Part shown: positions 22,111 to 36,250 of the stretch, piece after piece | Layout of the letters: each line of letters opens with the position of its first letter | How positions within the stretch are numbered: position 1 is the stretch's first letter | Source: Marsupella aquatica | Lineage: Eukaryota > Plantae > Marchantiophyta | Reading direction: 5' to 3' | Length of the DNA stretch: 64,000 nucleotides | Assembly (NCBI GenBank): GCA_973895155.1 | Contig: OZ316893.1 | Location: forward strand, 18,135,836 to 18,199,835 | Program-made: the position numbers and the translations under genes | Notes under the pieces: model-generated | Told to the model about the DNA's origin: nothing | The model's database searches: none | What the model saw: the letters and a program-made list of their open reading frames with translations, nothing else

Positions 22111-24098
22111 TGCCTTGGGGGTTTCACTTCCATAAAAATGGCACATGACGTGCAACGAAAGATAGGATCGTTTTCTTTGTTCTAAGGGAAGACGTAAGAA
22201 TTTTCTCATAAGAACAATAGGGTATTTTAAATCAAATTTTGAGACTTATAAGTATTGGGGTCTTTTTAATCAAAATTTTGGAATATTCCAACTTTAGGCC
22301 AATGAATTTATTTTTCTTACATTTTAGGGACTTCGAGGCCTACAACATCGCAGGTGATTGGGAGGCCTCCATATAGTGAGACCCTCACATTCCATGCCAA
22401 TAAGTATACATAACCACATACTAGGAGGCCAAAACCACTGGCAATCGAGTTGGTATTTGTGTTTTGGTGGGTTGTTAGAGGGAAAACTAACACTATTTCA
22501 TCTTTGTGAAGTGAAAGCCCTCTACAGCCAAATGCCCTACTGGCTTGGCACTCCCAAGTTGAGACATCATATAAGCCTCTGGGGTTTCACTTCCATAGAC
22601 TTAGCACATCATGTGCAACAAAGAATAAAGTTGTTTTATTGGTTTTAAGTGAAGACTTAGAATTGTTTTTTGGAAGAACTTTAGGCCGGGTCTATGAAAT
22701 CCAATTTTGAGTCTTGTAAGAACATTAGGGTCATTTAATTTAAAAATGAGAATATTCTAACTTTATAGGGGTTTAAAACATTATTTTTCTTACATATTCA
22801 AAGGTTTAAAAATGATGCAGGTGCTAGTTGGACCTACAGATTTACGTGTGCCCCTCCCAGAAAATGGGGTTCTTCTATGCAATAAGATGAGGAGGTGCCA
22901 TTGAAAAATTGGGGCAGACAGGCTCAGGAGGAATGAGTTTGACGTTGTCAATTGCGTCAAGGAATGTTTGTGGATTGTGCAAGACAAACTGAAAACATGT
23001 TGTAAAGAATTGGATAGCATCACTGCATTTGCCTCTTGTGGCACTTGCTTTACAAGAAGTTAAGGCACATAGGTTCATATTAGACTTGGCTCTAAAAAAC
23101 TATTTTACCTTCATTCAAGCACCTGGCTTTGGCCCTTGATGAGGGAAGAGGAGGATCAACTTTGCATTTGCATCCTACACTTAATGTTATCGATCATGGA
23201 ATTGTGGATGGACTCGAGCGGTTTGGGCCAGAGTGGTTCACTCTGACCAAAGTTTTGGGATTGCAAGTGAGTATGCTCCTAACATCCCAAGGGAGAGGGC
23301 TCTACTTTGACATGAACTTAAGTGTCTTCTCCCACAAGATAACTAGATTATTTGTGGAGATTTTAACATGATGGAGGAACGGAGCGACTCTTCTGGCTCT
23401 TTGTCTCTTATCCGTGGTTGTGAGGCAGAATTTTGGAGATTCTTCAAAAATAGATTTGACTTAGAAGACACATTCTCTATTAGTTCTGATTTTCAGGGGT
23501 CCATATTCACTTGGAGAGGGACTATTAACAGCCGATTGGTCCAATCTCGACTAGATCAATTTTACTTCAGTGGGCCAAGTTGGTGGGTGGGAGAGGTGGA
23601 GAAATTGATACAAGAAGAGGGCTCTACTATTAAGATACTATTAACTACAAGAAATTGATACAAGAAGAGATCTTAATAGTATCTTAATATATAGATCCAG
23701 TCTTGCTCCGACAGGATTTGATTCTAACAATAAAAAAGTGACATACTTCAAAGCCAACTCCAACTTACTAAAGGAGGAGAAATCTGTGGAGGAACTTTAA
23801 AAAGAGTGGGCTGGAGGTGAGAGGATTGTAGACAACCTGCATTTTACACTTTCACTTAGCGATTAGGAGAATCAGAAGCAGATTTTCTGAATTACAAGGA
23901 TCTACTTTAGCTTGAGAAGCTGAGACCAGGGGACTAAGGGAAAAACTCTCTGAACTTTAACAATCATTGACAAATTCTCTGAAACAGATCTTAGGGACTA
24001 TGTCACTGCTGAGGAAGAAATGAGGACTGCTGAACATGCAGAAGGCAGCGCATCATGGAAGGAGACTTTCAAGGTTGAGATGGCTAGGGCAGGGTGAT

Positions 24099-24623
24099 TT
24101 TCTCTGGAGGCTCTGGATTGGGAGAAACACTCACATGTTTCAGACGGGGGGGAGACGGGTGTTTGACCTGGGACTTGTCCTGTCAGAGGCAGTGGAAAAC
24201 TTATTCGCTGCTGGTCGGCGTTGCCCCCCGGGCAGGAAGTGCACTCGCCTGCTGCGCGCCAAATCATGTATCGATGGGCTTTGCAGGAGCTGGCTTGGCA
24301 GTGGGGGGATCAGTTTCACTTCCGCTGGGTGACTCTGATTTTGCAGTGATGTTTGAACGTTGAGACCAATGAATGTATGGTTCTGGGGGCATTGATGCCC
24401 TCAAGCTGGTTGTGAGTTTGTGTGGTGTGGGTTTGGGTTGCTGGTAGGTGTCTTCGGGGAGGGTAATTCCTTGCCTTAGGTGGGTTTGGGTTGGTTTTTT
24501 GAGGTTTGGCCCTCTGTTCTGTCTTGGCTGCCTCCCGGGAAACCTGGTCTGTTTGTGCGCCCTCCCCGTGGGGCTTTTCACGGGGGAACTGAAACTATTT
24601 ATAAAATGGCTACCATTCCAAGG
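24099..24623 (+). mobile_element. 525-bp insertion flanked by a 28-bp duplication, probably a 5'-truncated LINE tail
   Basis: AAGGTTGAGATGGCTAGGGCAGGGTGAT at 24071-24098 and 24624-24651. The insert is GT-rich and has ATAAAA near its end. Confidence 0.6.
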
Positions 24624-26593
24624 AAGGTTGAGATGGCTAGGGCAGGGTGATGAACCATCTAAATTTTATTTTGCTAGCATTAAAGCCAAAAGGAATAAGG
24701 AGACAATGGCGTCACTGCTTGTGGAGGACAGATCAATCATCACACATGAAGACAAAATTATTGAAGAGGTGGAACAACAGTTTGTGTGTTTATACAAAGC
24801 TGAGGCAGAATAGCAAGTGGATCCGGCTGTAAGGGAGGCAAGACGTCAGCTGTTCAAGAATACTCGTAAAGCATTGTCAGATGCTGAGCTTCTCAGGCTT
24901 GAACATCCACTGACTTTACAAGAGGCGAGGGCTACCTTATGGATATTTCCTCTTGATAAAGCTCCTGGTCCTGATGGGACTGACCACAAGGTTTTCAGAT
25001 CATGTTGGGAATTTGTTAAAGAGGATCTGATGAGCATGGTTTTGAACTTTTGGAGGACGAAGGCCCTGGCACCCAGTATCAAAGACGGAATCATTAAGCT
25101 CATTCCTAAGAAGCCAGATAAACGCAGATTGAAAGATTGGAGACCATTAACAATGCTGAATACAACTTATAAATTGATTTGCAAAAATCCTAGAGTTGCG
25201 TCTTAAACCTCTTCTGCAAAAACTTATCAGTCTGCAGCAAACTTGCTTTAACTCGGGTAGGCATATACTAGAAAATATTTCAATTGCTTGGTTGGCTGTG
25301 GATTGGGTTACTCATCAGAAAAGGAAACACTGTTTTTACAACTGGACTTTGAGAAAGCTTTCAACCGGGTTTCTCATTCTTATATTTGGGAGACCTTACA
25401 CTTGCTAGGTGTAGGTTTGCACTTCATTAGTCTTGTTTGATCACTCATTAGTGGTGCTAATTCTAAGTGCGCATCAATGGTCTCTTCTCTAAGGACATCT
25501 GGATGCTTAGAGGTGCGGCAAGGATGCCCTCTATCACCCTTGCTCTTTGTCCTTGCGACCCAGCCTTGATGGACCACTTGGATTATGAATTATTGATGGG
25601 GAGATTTGAATTAAGGTGTATAGATATCAGACTCCCAGATGATTAGCTATAGGCTCGTTGTGGCCGACATGGGAATGTTTATAACTGACATCAGAAGAGG
25701 ATTTCAATGGTGCTAAGGGTGTGCTTGTCTGGTACGAATTGGCATCAGGGGCTAAGTTAAATCTTCATAAGTCTACTGTCATCTCCCTGGCTATGGAGAA
25801 CACACCGGAATGGTTAATCAGTATGGTATGTATGATCAGCCAAAAAGGAGAGATTCAACAATATTTGGGAGCACAGTGGGATGGGGACTAAACCCTGCGC
25901 AACTACACACCTTTCTGCGTGGACAAGATTGGAAACAGACTTTCAACTTGGGCAAACAGGTTCCTCTCATTCACTAGCGGGACTATTTTAGTCAAACATG
26001 TTCTCCAAGCAATTCCCATATACCACGTGGTGTTTTTGCACTCCTCAAACACAATGACAAAAAAGATGGTAGCGCTATGCAGGGAATTCCTTTGGGGGTA
26101 CAATGCTAAAGGCGGTAGGAAAATCCCTCTAGTTGCTTAGAGAACACTTTCTAGACCAAAGATCAATGGGGGCATTGGACCGAAAGACTTCAGAACACAC
26201 TCACATGCATTACTATGCCAATGGTTTAACAAGGCTTTAGACATGCCATCTTCTGAATGGGCCAGACTGTTTGCGGCTAATCTTAGCTTGGCTAAGTGGA
26301 GAAATGCTAAAACCATCAGGCAAAACCAGTACTACTTTGTTAATCCAAGGGCTTTTAGTGGTTGGAGCTACACTGGAAGTCTTTGGCAGGCCTGGGAGTC
26401 GCTACGAACACATCTTCTCTTTTCTTCAAGGAAGTGGCCAAGTGGTGGAGAGTTGAGGATGTAATTAGGTGCATGGAAGGATTGCAAGACTTGGGGGAAA
26501 TTACTATTTGCGCCGTCATTAGGGCTTGTGGCAGAATTGGGATTTGAGACATTGTTGACTTGAAGGAGCCCTCTCCTTGTAATAGTATTACAA

Positions 26594-27111
26594 GGGGTAT
26601 ACTAACAATGCAAGCAAACAGGAAACAGTTAACTGGAAATAATTTTTTTGTTGCTGATATCAGGTGTTTGATTCGTGGTATTAGCCAAAACAATCCATTT
26701 TTGAGGATTTTTTTTGGCTCCTATCACAAAATCTTTAAGATAGCTGTCTTGCTAAGAATACACCAACATGCTTCTATTAAGCCAAAAAAAAATGTCCGCA
26801 AAACTTTTGAGAGAATTGTGCATAATTTAAGGATAATATTATTGCTAGCTAAGCTCGCTAGCAATAATTTGACATAGTAGTGAGGTTTCTAATTTAAAAG
26901 TTGATCATAAATTGATTTTTTGATTGTTGACATTGTTAGCAAGTTTTGCCATCAATATTTTTCCATGTGTATTTTGATGGATATTCTTCTCAACGATAAA
27001 AATTGGTGTGAAAAAACCCTGAAGTTAAGTTTCCTAGCAATATTTTCCCTCACTAATAATATTGTTTTTTCCTGTTTTCTGTTTCCTGTTTACTCACATC
27101 CTTAAAACCCC
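26594..27111. mobile_element. Older MITE-like insertion with GGGGTAT...ACCCC ends
   Basis: AT-rich block interrupting the LINE, with terminal AAACAGGAAACAG / CTGTTTCCTGTTT inverted motifs like 18232-18615. TSD eroded. Confidence 0.5.
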
Positions 27112-28654
27112 CATACTGCATACTACTCCAGAAAATTAGATAGGGTAAGAGACTTGGATGATAGAATCAAAGAATTGAGCCTAGAGTTTACAAGGAAAAT
27201 CAAGTGCTCTTCCGACCAACCACAGATTAGGTCTGCACTTGCTGGGCAATGGAGGTAAATGGACAAACCTGAATCACTGAGGAAATTCTTTCTATCTAAT
27301 TCTTTCCTGCTATTATCCTCTGGCCTCCAGCTGAGATTATGTTGTTGTTGGGATCCTTCAAAGGCTTGGGTTATACACATTCAATTGTTGCATTCACGGT
27401 GTATCAGGTCGTGTTGGCTCTATGGACAACCAGAAACGAGCAACTTTTCAATCCCCTGAAAAGGCACCTCTTCAATTTGAATCTGGTTCTTTCTGAAATG
27501 GCTAACATTTTCCACGGGATGTGTGAGACATCTGGCCCCAGTCGAAAGCACTCAAGGCTTCTACGGGCCAAGGAGATAGTGGTATGGGAACGAAGGAGAT
27601 GGATGGGTTGGGTGAATGCTTTTGTGATTTGGTAAATGATTTGAACATTTATGGGGCTGTTGACTCTTAATCAGTTGCCCTCAGTTCTCTTATTAAAAGT
27701 AGCAGTTTTAGTTAATTTAGGTGAGCACAGGTTCTACCTTGCATTAGGCTCAGGTTTTTATAGGGTTTGGTAGTTTGATTGGAGTTACACTGTTACTAGT
27801 GTTGCCTTGTCTTTTGTTCTTAGAGATTGGTTTCTTTGGATGGTGTTCTTTTCCCCTGGGGCTTGGCCCCCGGCCTTTTGGCCTCTGTCTTGGTTGCTTT
27901 TGGCACCCCTTCCCGTGGGTTTTAATTTGAGGGTCTTATTGGAAAAAAAGAGGTGGAGAAATAGCACTGGTGAGCTATGGTGAGTACCTTCCACTAAGAT
28001 GGAGCGCACCAATTGACCTGATACAAATGCTGAAATGCTCCTGGTTTGATGGATGGTCAATATCATTATCGGGAGCAACAATAATGAGAGCCACCATTGC
28101 CAGCTATGACGGCCATAAGTCAAAGATGGCGCAAATGAATGGCTCTAAGCTGCTTGGGTATCCTTGATTTGAGAGGTACTCCCGGGCCTTGACCGCACGA
28201 CATACTTAAGTAGCATGTCCGTGGTGAGGACTTCCATACGAAATAACCCAAACAACATATGAAGGATGGCAACAAGGACACGTTATGTACAATGATGTCA
28301 AAATCTTTGTCTGGATCATGAACAATACAACCGGGACAAACTACATACACATTCACAATAAACCGACTAGACTGCAAGCCTAAGCATTTCATAACTAGAC
28401 AAGTATCTGAAATTGAAGTGGTATAATGAAGTTTGAGTAGATGTTCAAAACACAACCAAAGATTTCTAGACACGGATAATATGGCCACCACATAACAAGA
28501 GAGGTCATTCAAAATCCAGGCACCTAACTAGTTTCTCCACTTCCTTCACCTTGGCTTTCAAAAGTAACTTTGCCACGGATAATGTTGTGTGCCAAATTAC
28601 AAGTTTCACAGCTAGAGTTGTGGGGAATCATATTGGTAGCAGTGGGAGTGCTTT

Positions 28655-31600
28655 TGTCACACCAAAAGATCCGTCCTTACGCAGATTTTGGCTTAGGCTG
28701 GCATAAACTTTGTTAGTATTGAGGTTTCGGGCAAGGAGGGATGCAAATGGTACTTTATTCTTGTAACCCAATGCTAAGCGTGCTTGACTCTACACTTATG
28801 CATACCATAGGTATACTTTGTGTTTTGCCGCCGTAATGTACCTTAAGTCAATAGCTTGATCAACCCTGGCCTTTGTGCTGTCCGCCTTCAATCCGGATCC
28901 AATGATACGGGTGTCCAACCTAGGCTTGCAACCACGTACTATCCGCAGCTAACCTCCCGTGCACAGCTTGCATAATGCATTTGACCAAGCATTTTCTGCC
29001 CTTATACGAGATTGATTGGACTTCACAACAGACAATCCCGATTGACACAAAGGAAATGATGGGGAAAAGACTTTACTTCAGAATATGGCATACACATACA
29101 CACAGTTGACTCAACTTCTTCTGAATTAGCAAGCCCAATGGCGGCGAGCTGTACACTACAACGGAGCCCGGCTCCGCACTTGCCCAACGAGATTAGTAGC
29201 ACACTCACCCCTTGGTGATTTCTATTCACAAAGGTCGAGACTCCCCGCACATCTTGCGGATACCCGGTTCTGAACCTAAAATCCCCCTTGCCTCTACCAG
29301 GGGGTGCACTAAATACTGTCTAAGGGCCGTGACCAGGAATGAACACGACATCTGAATCTAACCTATCCTAAATTCATCTAACTGTAAGGCCAAAAAGTGG
29401 AGTGTCTTATTCTAAGATTTTGCGCTAAGTGGAGTGGGTCGGACAAGACAGCGTCGCTAACTAGTTTTGACGCTTGTCTATATAGCGTCTGACCCCCTTG
29501 TCTAACCTAGATCTACTCCAAACCTACTCCGCCGCTAATGTCTGGCACGCTTGCCAAACCCACCCAAGTTGGACCTGGAACGCCCGTCCCGCTATCTCCT
29601 TAGACGGTCTACATCCTGCTTTGAGTGGCGAGAGAGACTCGTTCTCTTGCTTTGTCGCGTCCGTCTCCTCCGCGGTGTCTTGGCATGCCTCTTCCAACTG
29701 CTGGGTGTTGCTTTTCAGCTGAGCCACTAGTTGGTCCTACTTAGTGGCTTCTTGTAGAAGCCGTGCCACCTCAACCTTCAGGGCGTCACCCTCCACCGCA
29801 TCTCTTTGGGCCTAAGCTTTGGCTTCCTCAAGGTCCTTTTGCTAGACAACAACTTGTCCCTTCAAGTTATCAATCTGGGTCCGGAGCCATGAGATCTTGG
29901 CATCCTTTCCGGCTTCGGCTTGTGTGGCCAAGGCTGCCTTGGCTTTGGCTTTGGTGATCTGGGCCAAATTGGTCGCAAGCTGGGGCCAAAGAAGTTGAAG
30001 CTTGGTTTCTTGGGCTGAAGCTTCATTTAATAGTTGGGTTGCCTCACCCCAATACTGCTCTATCCTCCTTGTGGCTTTGGACTGTGCACGCCCTGCCCTT
30101 ACTACCGCAACCAGTTCTTGGCTGAAGGAGTACGCCACCTTCCGGGCCATAAACAACCCCACGTCTTGACCGACTTCTATGGAGAGGTTGCCAAGCAACC
30201 CATTTAAAAATGTACCCATTGAAGCAAAGAATTCCGGGTTCATTAGGTCATGGCCGTTGGCTCTTGGGCACTGGCCTCCCTCTATCTGGGTGGGGGTGGA
30301 CAAATCTAGTTCTGGGGTGATGAGCACTGGGACCGCTAGATCTGCTAAGGAGGAGGGTTCCATTGGCGCAGGCATGGGGGATGGTGGTGCTTCCTCTGTG
30401 ACCAAGGCCTTCGGCTTGGGGTCAACTCCCGCGGGTCAGTGGCAATGGCCGCCCGCACTTGGTTTTGTGCATCCAAGGCCACGATGACTGCCATGTCTGG
30501 TAAGGAAGATGAAGCCCCCTCAGTCGGCTTTGGGATTGGAGTAGGGGTGGGTGCTGCAGGTGCCAAGCTTCAGGCCTTGGGTTGGGCTTGCCTCTCTTGA
30601 GCCGGGAATACCCATCTGGCCGGGGTAAGCTTGGGCTCATTGCGTTGGGGAAGGCTTTGGCGATCAAAATGGGCGTACCACTCTATAATGATCTCAATGT
30701 GGCTTGCCAAGTACGCCTTTCCCCCGAGGTAAAGGTCTTCCTTCGTTGTTCCATCTCCTCATGGAACTTCTTGACAAAGAAAGAAGCCCACGTCCTAGGC
30801 CGGTAGTTCTCAACCTGAATCACCTGAGCGGCGGATATCTCTCCCCGCGGCTCCATCATGTGGAGCGTGTACCGCTGAAACTCAAGCCGCTCCGCCACCT
30901 CCGGGATGATATAGGTATGCATAAGGAAACCATTGCCCACGGACCCCTTGGGCGGGAAGCTAGAGGACTGGTACTTGGCTCCCTTGCCCCCTGGTGCTCG
31001 TGACTCTACCCAATCCTTCCCTTCGGGTAAGCCAAAGATGAGTTGTAATCGTGCCTTGTTCAAGGACATTACTTGTCCGTGCGCACGGGTCTGTTGACGG
31101 GCTTTGTCAAAGTTTTGAATGAACTCCGTCATGTCTTGCCCGTAGTACCTGCAAGTGTTCCAAGGGAGAGCAACAAGGTGCTTGAACCCTTGGGTTTTCA
31201 GGTAACATGCATGCTTTGGGTGGATAATGTTTTTGTGGACATTCTCCCCCATTCGATGCATGGTCAATTTGGCCACTGCAACAGTGGCCACTAGTAAGCC
31301 GGATATTGAGGCCGGCTCCTTCCGCTTCTTACCCCAAGAATGACCCTCGGGGTGACTGGTTGAGGGGGATAATTCTCCATCTTCCCTCTCTAGTGGTGAT
31401 GGTATTGCCACCGCCATTAGTACTGGTGCCGGGGCTGCAATTGTCACCGTGTTGTCTACTCGGGCTGCTTCTCGGGTTTGGGCTTGCTGGCAAGGCGGCA
31501 AGGTACCCACCATGCGTTGATGGGTACCCGGTGGATTACAAACAAGGGGAGGGGAGGGGCCTCCTCATCCTCTGAGCTTAGGTTGACTGCATTCACCACG

Positions 31601-32602
31601 GATTGCACCCAAGCGGGTGGTGCAACCGTTGGTGGAGAACGACTTGTGGGAGGCTGGGGCGGTGTCTGAGCCTGGCCGTTCCCAGGAAGGATGGCCGCTG
31701 GTTCCACGGGCGGAGGTGCCATGGAAGCAGATGTTGAGCCATATAATGGGGTCGTGTTGGGCCTAGGATGGGCGAGCACTTGTGCTTTGGCAAAGATGAT
31801 GTCAAAATGATGCCATTGCAAGTCTATGGTTCCCGGAATTTGGAAGACTTTGTCGGGGAGGTGGAGGATGGCTTCTCCAAAGCCGGTTATACTTGTCCCC
31901 GTCGAAGAAGAGCTCGGAGATCTCTTTGTCCTTGCAATACTTACTTTCAAAGTTGAGCCCGAAGTCTTAGATCCAGTGTGAACGGCCTAACAGACGGATG
32001 CGGCGCTCAAAATGCTTCTCGGCTTTGTACCTCCACGGGTTGGTATTAGAAAATGAAGTAGCAAGATGGCTTCCTATTGCAAGAAACTGGTACCAAAACC
32101 GGACAGCTGAACTGGAAAGGATAGGGCCGGACATATGGCAATATCAAAGGTTGGCTGGTGGCTAAGTGTGGTGCGGATGAGGAGATGGCTCAAAGCTGGC
32201 TGAGGAGTGAACAAGTGAGGTAGAGGCAGGGAAGCGCTTGCCTTTCATACTCCTGCCGTGCGTCGCCCAATCGGCCCCTCTTGCTCTTGATAGGCCAAGC
32301 TTATCATGCCCAAGGCGTACCGGCCACTCATCGGGTCCAGGTCAGAGCGTGCCAGAGGCTGCTACCGATTTGTTTATACGGACCAGAGGTTGACTACCAT
32401 AATGTGCTCCTAATCCGACGGTACGTCAGGTGCCGTGCCGCCAGCCCGATTGTGAACTCCCATTGTAAACCTATTCTAAGCATCATGACTAGCTAATTTT
32501 GTGTCGGTATGCTTATAACTACGGATTCCTATGTCTACTTTGTACGTGCTTAACAACGGGTTAGCCGTATTACTGATAACCTGCCGTGCTAGCGGTGTCA
32601 CA
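28655..32602 (-). mobile_element. Probable solo LTR, giant-LTR family 2 (3948 bp)
   Basis: TGTCAC...GTCACA on +, with 5-bp flanks GCTTT / ACTTT (1 mismatch). Carries a decayed ORF homologous to the family 1 ORF. Its right end matches the start of 62916-64000. Confidence 0.75.
29524..31950 (-). pseudogene. Decayed PMD-like/coiled-coil ORF of family 2
   Basis: GFKHLVALPW...MTEFIQNFD...LQLIFGLPEG...GNGF...ERLEFQRYTLHMMEPRGEISAAQV aligns by eye with family 1 GLEAFVRLPW...LLEFVGSWE...IAEVFGLPIG...KNGF...EMIDFLRVTMHCNLPRAEIGKAQV. Confidence 0.75.
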
Positions 32603-33470
32603 ACTTTCACCCTGAGAGTTTGCATCTCTAGATGATGTAAGCTTAGGTCAAGAATGTAGAGACATTGGGTTGTATTGTTTGGGTGCCTGAAGAACCAACA
32701 GTGCGCAAATTGTTGCACTCCCACCTGTAACTTACACCATGTTTTCACCATATGGCATGATGTCCACAACACATCTTATAGTTTTGGTTCAAATATTCTC
32801 CTCCATGAATATGAATACACTAGCACAACAATTCCCCCCAAAATGCCTTGTCAGCTTCAAAGTGTAGAATCTTGGTTTGAACTACAATCACTATGTTAAC
32901 TAGGATTTGCTCTAACCCTAGTTCAAGGGATTGCTCCTTATCTTCTCCATGTTCTCAATGGTGTAAGAACATAAAAAGAGAATGTTCAAGAGAGAACATA
33001 AAGCACATAGCAAGAAATGAGAGCTTGAAGAGGAACAATTATGATGATGCTTCTAAGTAGACACATAATCGCTAATAAAGTTTTATCATTCCAGTGGACG
33101 AAGACCACCTTGAGTTGAACCACCTAACAATTGAGTAAGTGTATGGCTGAAGTGTTTTCCTAATCAGGTTTCTCCCCACACAAAGGCAGCTGCACATAGA
33201 GGTGGACAATCATTGCCAACACCATGATCCACAAAAAAGACATCAAACCTATATATTGGCCCACATACAATCCATGCTCCAATGATCCATTCCAACAATC
33301 ATAAAAATAAAGACATTATACCGGACTGCATGGAAACAATCCTGCCTTTTCAATTGTTTGTAAGCAAACAGTCCAAGATTTGGTGGGATACCATATTATG
33401 TTGTTTGATTGACAAAGATGTAATTGGTGCTACAATGTCCTGGGACAGAAGGCAGTGAATGAGAAGTTTG

Positions 33471-33694
33471 GGCTTTGGGCTTTCTGACTTATATGGCCAG
33501 TGGAGATTTAAAGCCTAGTAGTGAGATGGGTCTGCAACTACTGGCCTTTGGGCATTCTGGATTTTATGTACCCAGTGGAGGTTTGAAGCTAGTCATGAGA
33601 TGGGTCTGCAACTACTAGGCTTTGGACTTTATGGCTTTTATATGGCCAGTGGAGGTTTAGAGCCAAGTCATGAGATGAGAATGCACCTACTGGC
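33471..33694. repeat. Degenerate tandem repeat, ~72-75 bp x3
   Basis: Three units of GGCTTTGG...CCAGTGGAG...TGAGATGGGTCTGCAACTACT. Confidence 0.7.
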
Positions 33695-35580
33695 GCTCAC
33701 TCACCATGTTGACAACAATGTACAAGCGCATTGGCAAACAACTAGCTCATCATCTGGTTCCCGTACTAATTAGTCCACAGTAGACATGAGAGAATGTCTA
33801 GGATGCTTGGTTGACCATCCAGTAGGTGCAGCCGAAATGGTTCCCCAGAGTTTATCCCGAAATTGGATTTCGAGAAAGGTGTTGACAAGGTGACTCATAC
33901 GTACATCATGAGTATAATCTGGGACTAAATGCAAGAGTTGTATCTCTAGTACAAGCTCTGCTGGAAAAATGCATAGTTGCTCAAAATCCACAGCAACGGA
34001 TTGACACGTAGGCAATCCCAATCTGTGGCATGATGTTCCTCAAGACTTGGGAAGCTTCACCAAACTCAGGAAGATGATCTGTAAGGACTTCCTCTGGGAG
34101 TACAACTCGCAGTGAGGGAGGAGGAAAGGCAAAGCCCAAGGTAATGGGCTGTCTCGGTTTCGAAGACATGCAAAACCACTCATATGCCTTGCTCAGCAGA
34201 TGGTTAGCTAAGGCTCTAGACTAATCTGACCGGCGTGAGCATGAAGAGAACCCGAAGAGAACCACTGGAGGAACTTTAAGCAGATTAGGAGCCAGTATTT
34301 TGCACAGACCTCAAGGTGCTGATTACACCAAGTTTTCGTGAACTACACACCAGAAAAATCCACGGAAGGCACTGATAAAGGATCTGCGACCTGAAGAAGG
34401 GTGCAGTTCCACAATTGAGTATCCTCTCTCCAATCTCCAGTAATTGAACGCATGAACAAATTGACAATTTATTCGGTACCAAGAACTTCTAGTGGGATTT
34501 AAACCCATAAAGCCTGCCAATTTAAGTTTGAGGACCGGATCTCTGATCTGAAAAATTGTGCTCATGCACACCACTTGGTGAATGCTACTAAGTCTTCAAT
34601 GACTATAGAGGCAATGATGCTTTGAAAGAATAGTAAAACAACAATTGGTTGTCAGTCAAAAGCATTTGAGCAAGACAAGCAATTAGAAGGAGAACTCAGA
34701 ACTCCCGACACATTTAATAAAAAACTATCGGTAATAATGATTCGAACCGGACGTGACATAACATTGAAGATAAGTTGGGTCATTCTCTGTTCCCACACTG
34801 GCAGGAAAAGAAGAAAAACAAACCAAACATGAACATGAACATGAACATGAACATATTGAATGTGAGACTTACACCTTTCATCTGGTGCGGTATATTTAGA
34901 AATGTTAAATGTCGTTGGTTAAAAGACTTTGGCTCTTCAATTGTTTTAGATTTGAACGGTCTTCCTACAATAAAGCTGCCTCCCTTTCTTGTCTGTTTTT
35001 TAGCGACCTGCAGCAGCTGACAATAGTCAAATCTAGCTCGCGATACATCGACCCTACAACAAGAGAACAAAGTTGAAATGACTTATGATAACATCTGCCC
35101 TCTGAACTCTAGACATCATAGCAAAATTTAGAGGGCGTGTCTCTTGATACCATATCCCCTGGTACCGGGGCAACATAAGCGCACACTATGGTTGCATGAA
35201 ATTTCAGAGTCCTTTCCATCTCACAATGTAGCGAGGTTGTCTAGGTGGATCTTCAAGAATCAACAATCCTCTCCACAACATCGAAGAGATTAATTCTTCA
35301 TAAACTTTGGTTCGAAAAACATGGAAGTGCTCTTAGACAACTAAACCAACATATAGACTGTTTGAATCTAACTTGCTTCACACTCCAAATTTTATGCTGT
35401 AATATAGATATAGATGCTAAACATCAACAGACCACTTGAAGGATATCATTCCTCAACCAAATATGTCCCAGCATGCAAACCTTAGCGCTTTCAGTGCAAT
35501 TCGGTAATTAGTCCATGATGATGCTCAAACAACAAGCTACTCCTGTGGCCAACAAGAGGTATATGAGGAAGCTTTGAACT

Positions 35581-35688
35581 GTCACTAGGCCACGTTGGTA
35601 CACGTACTCACTAATAAGCACTGAGGAGCATGCAGTCACTAAGCCACGTTGGTACACGTACTCACTAATAAGCACTGAGGAGCATGCA
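35581..35688. repeat. 54-bp tandem duplication downstream of the WD40 gene
   Basis: GTCACTA(G/A)GCCACGTTGGTACACGTACTCACTAATAAGCACTGAGGAGCATGCA x2. Confidence 0.85.
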
Positions 35689-36250
35689 CAAAATACAGGC
35701 AGAAGCATCAAATCAAGAACTGCAACAGAATTTTTTTATTTGTAGATGTTTTTTAAAAGTGGGAGCACATGTTTACTTTACACGTAATTCGATAATCCAT
35801 TTTAGCCCTTGCTAATCAAAAGCCCGTTGTCCATCAACTTGACCTATTCTTCCCAGAGGAGTTTCACACGACTGTGTGATCGTCCCTTGCGTAGACTGCA
35901 AGCTGGTGAATCGGCCGGGAAGGGAGTAAATCAAACCTGATAGGAGCTAGAACGGGAAGTCGTCAGTTTACACTTGACAATGGACTCTACAGCTTTCTGT
36001 CATCCTCGACACTAAAGGCATTCAACATAACAACAAGGATCTGTACATGGGTCAGGTGCTCCAAACTAAACAATCAAGAAGTCTGTAAGCAGACATACCG
36101 TTATCAAAACTGATGTAGGACAATTCGTTGTTGACTACGGTTGTGATAGACCTTTAGTTGATAAACTTGCTACGTGATTCTCCTCAGAGACTCTGTACAC
36201 CGCGATGGTACATGCCAGCACTTCAGATGCTGCTGTCAACTTGTCCCAGG

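Larger units (their letters stand above)
23330..27950 (+). mobile_element. Decayed L1-like LINE (endonuclease-RT pseudogene and 3' tail)
   Basis: Fragments GDFNM, SRLDQFYF, DKAPGPDG, WRPLTMLNTTYKLI, LDFEKAF, QGCPLSPLLF and KHVLQAIPIY. Many stops and frameshifts; boundaries approximate. Confidence 0.85.

Noticed and set aside
33471-33694. CRISPR-like array
   Set aside because: Whole units are degenerate repeats with no unique spacers; eukaryotic context and no cas genes.
33000-34560. Faint LINE-like residue
   Set aside because: Too degenerate to set boundaries or domains with confidence.
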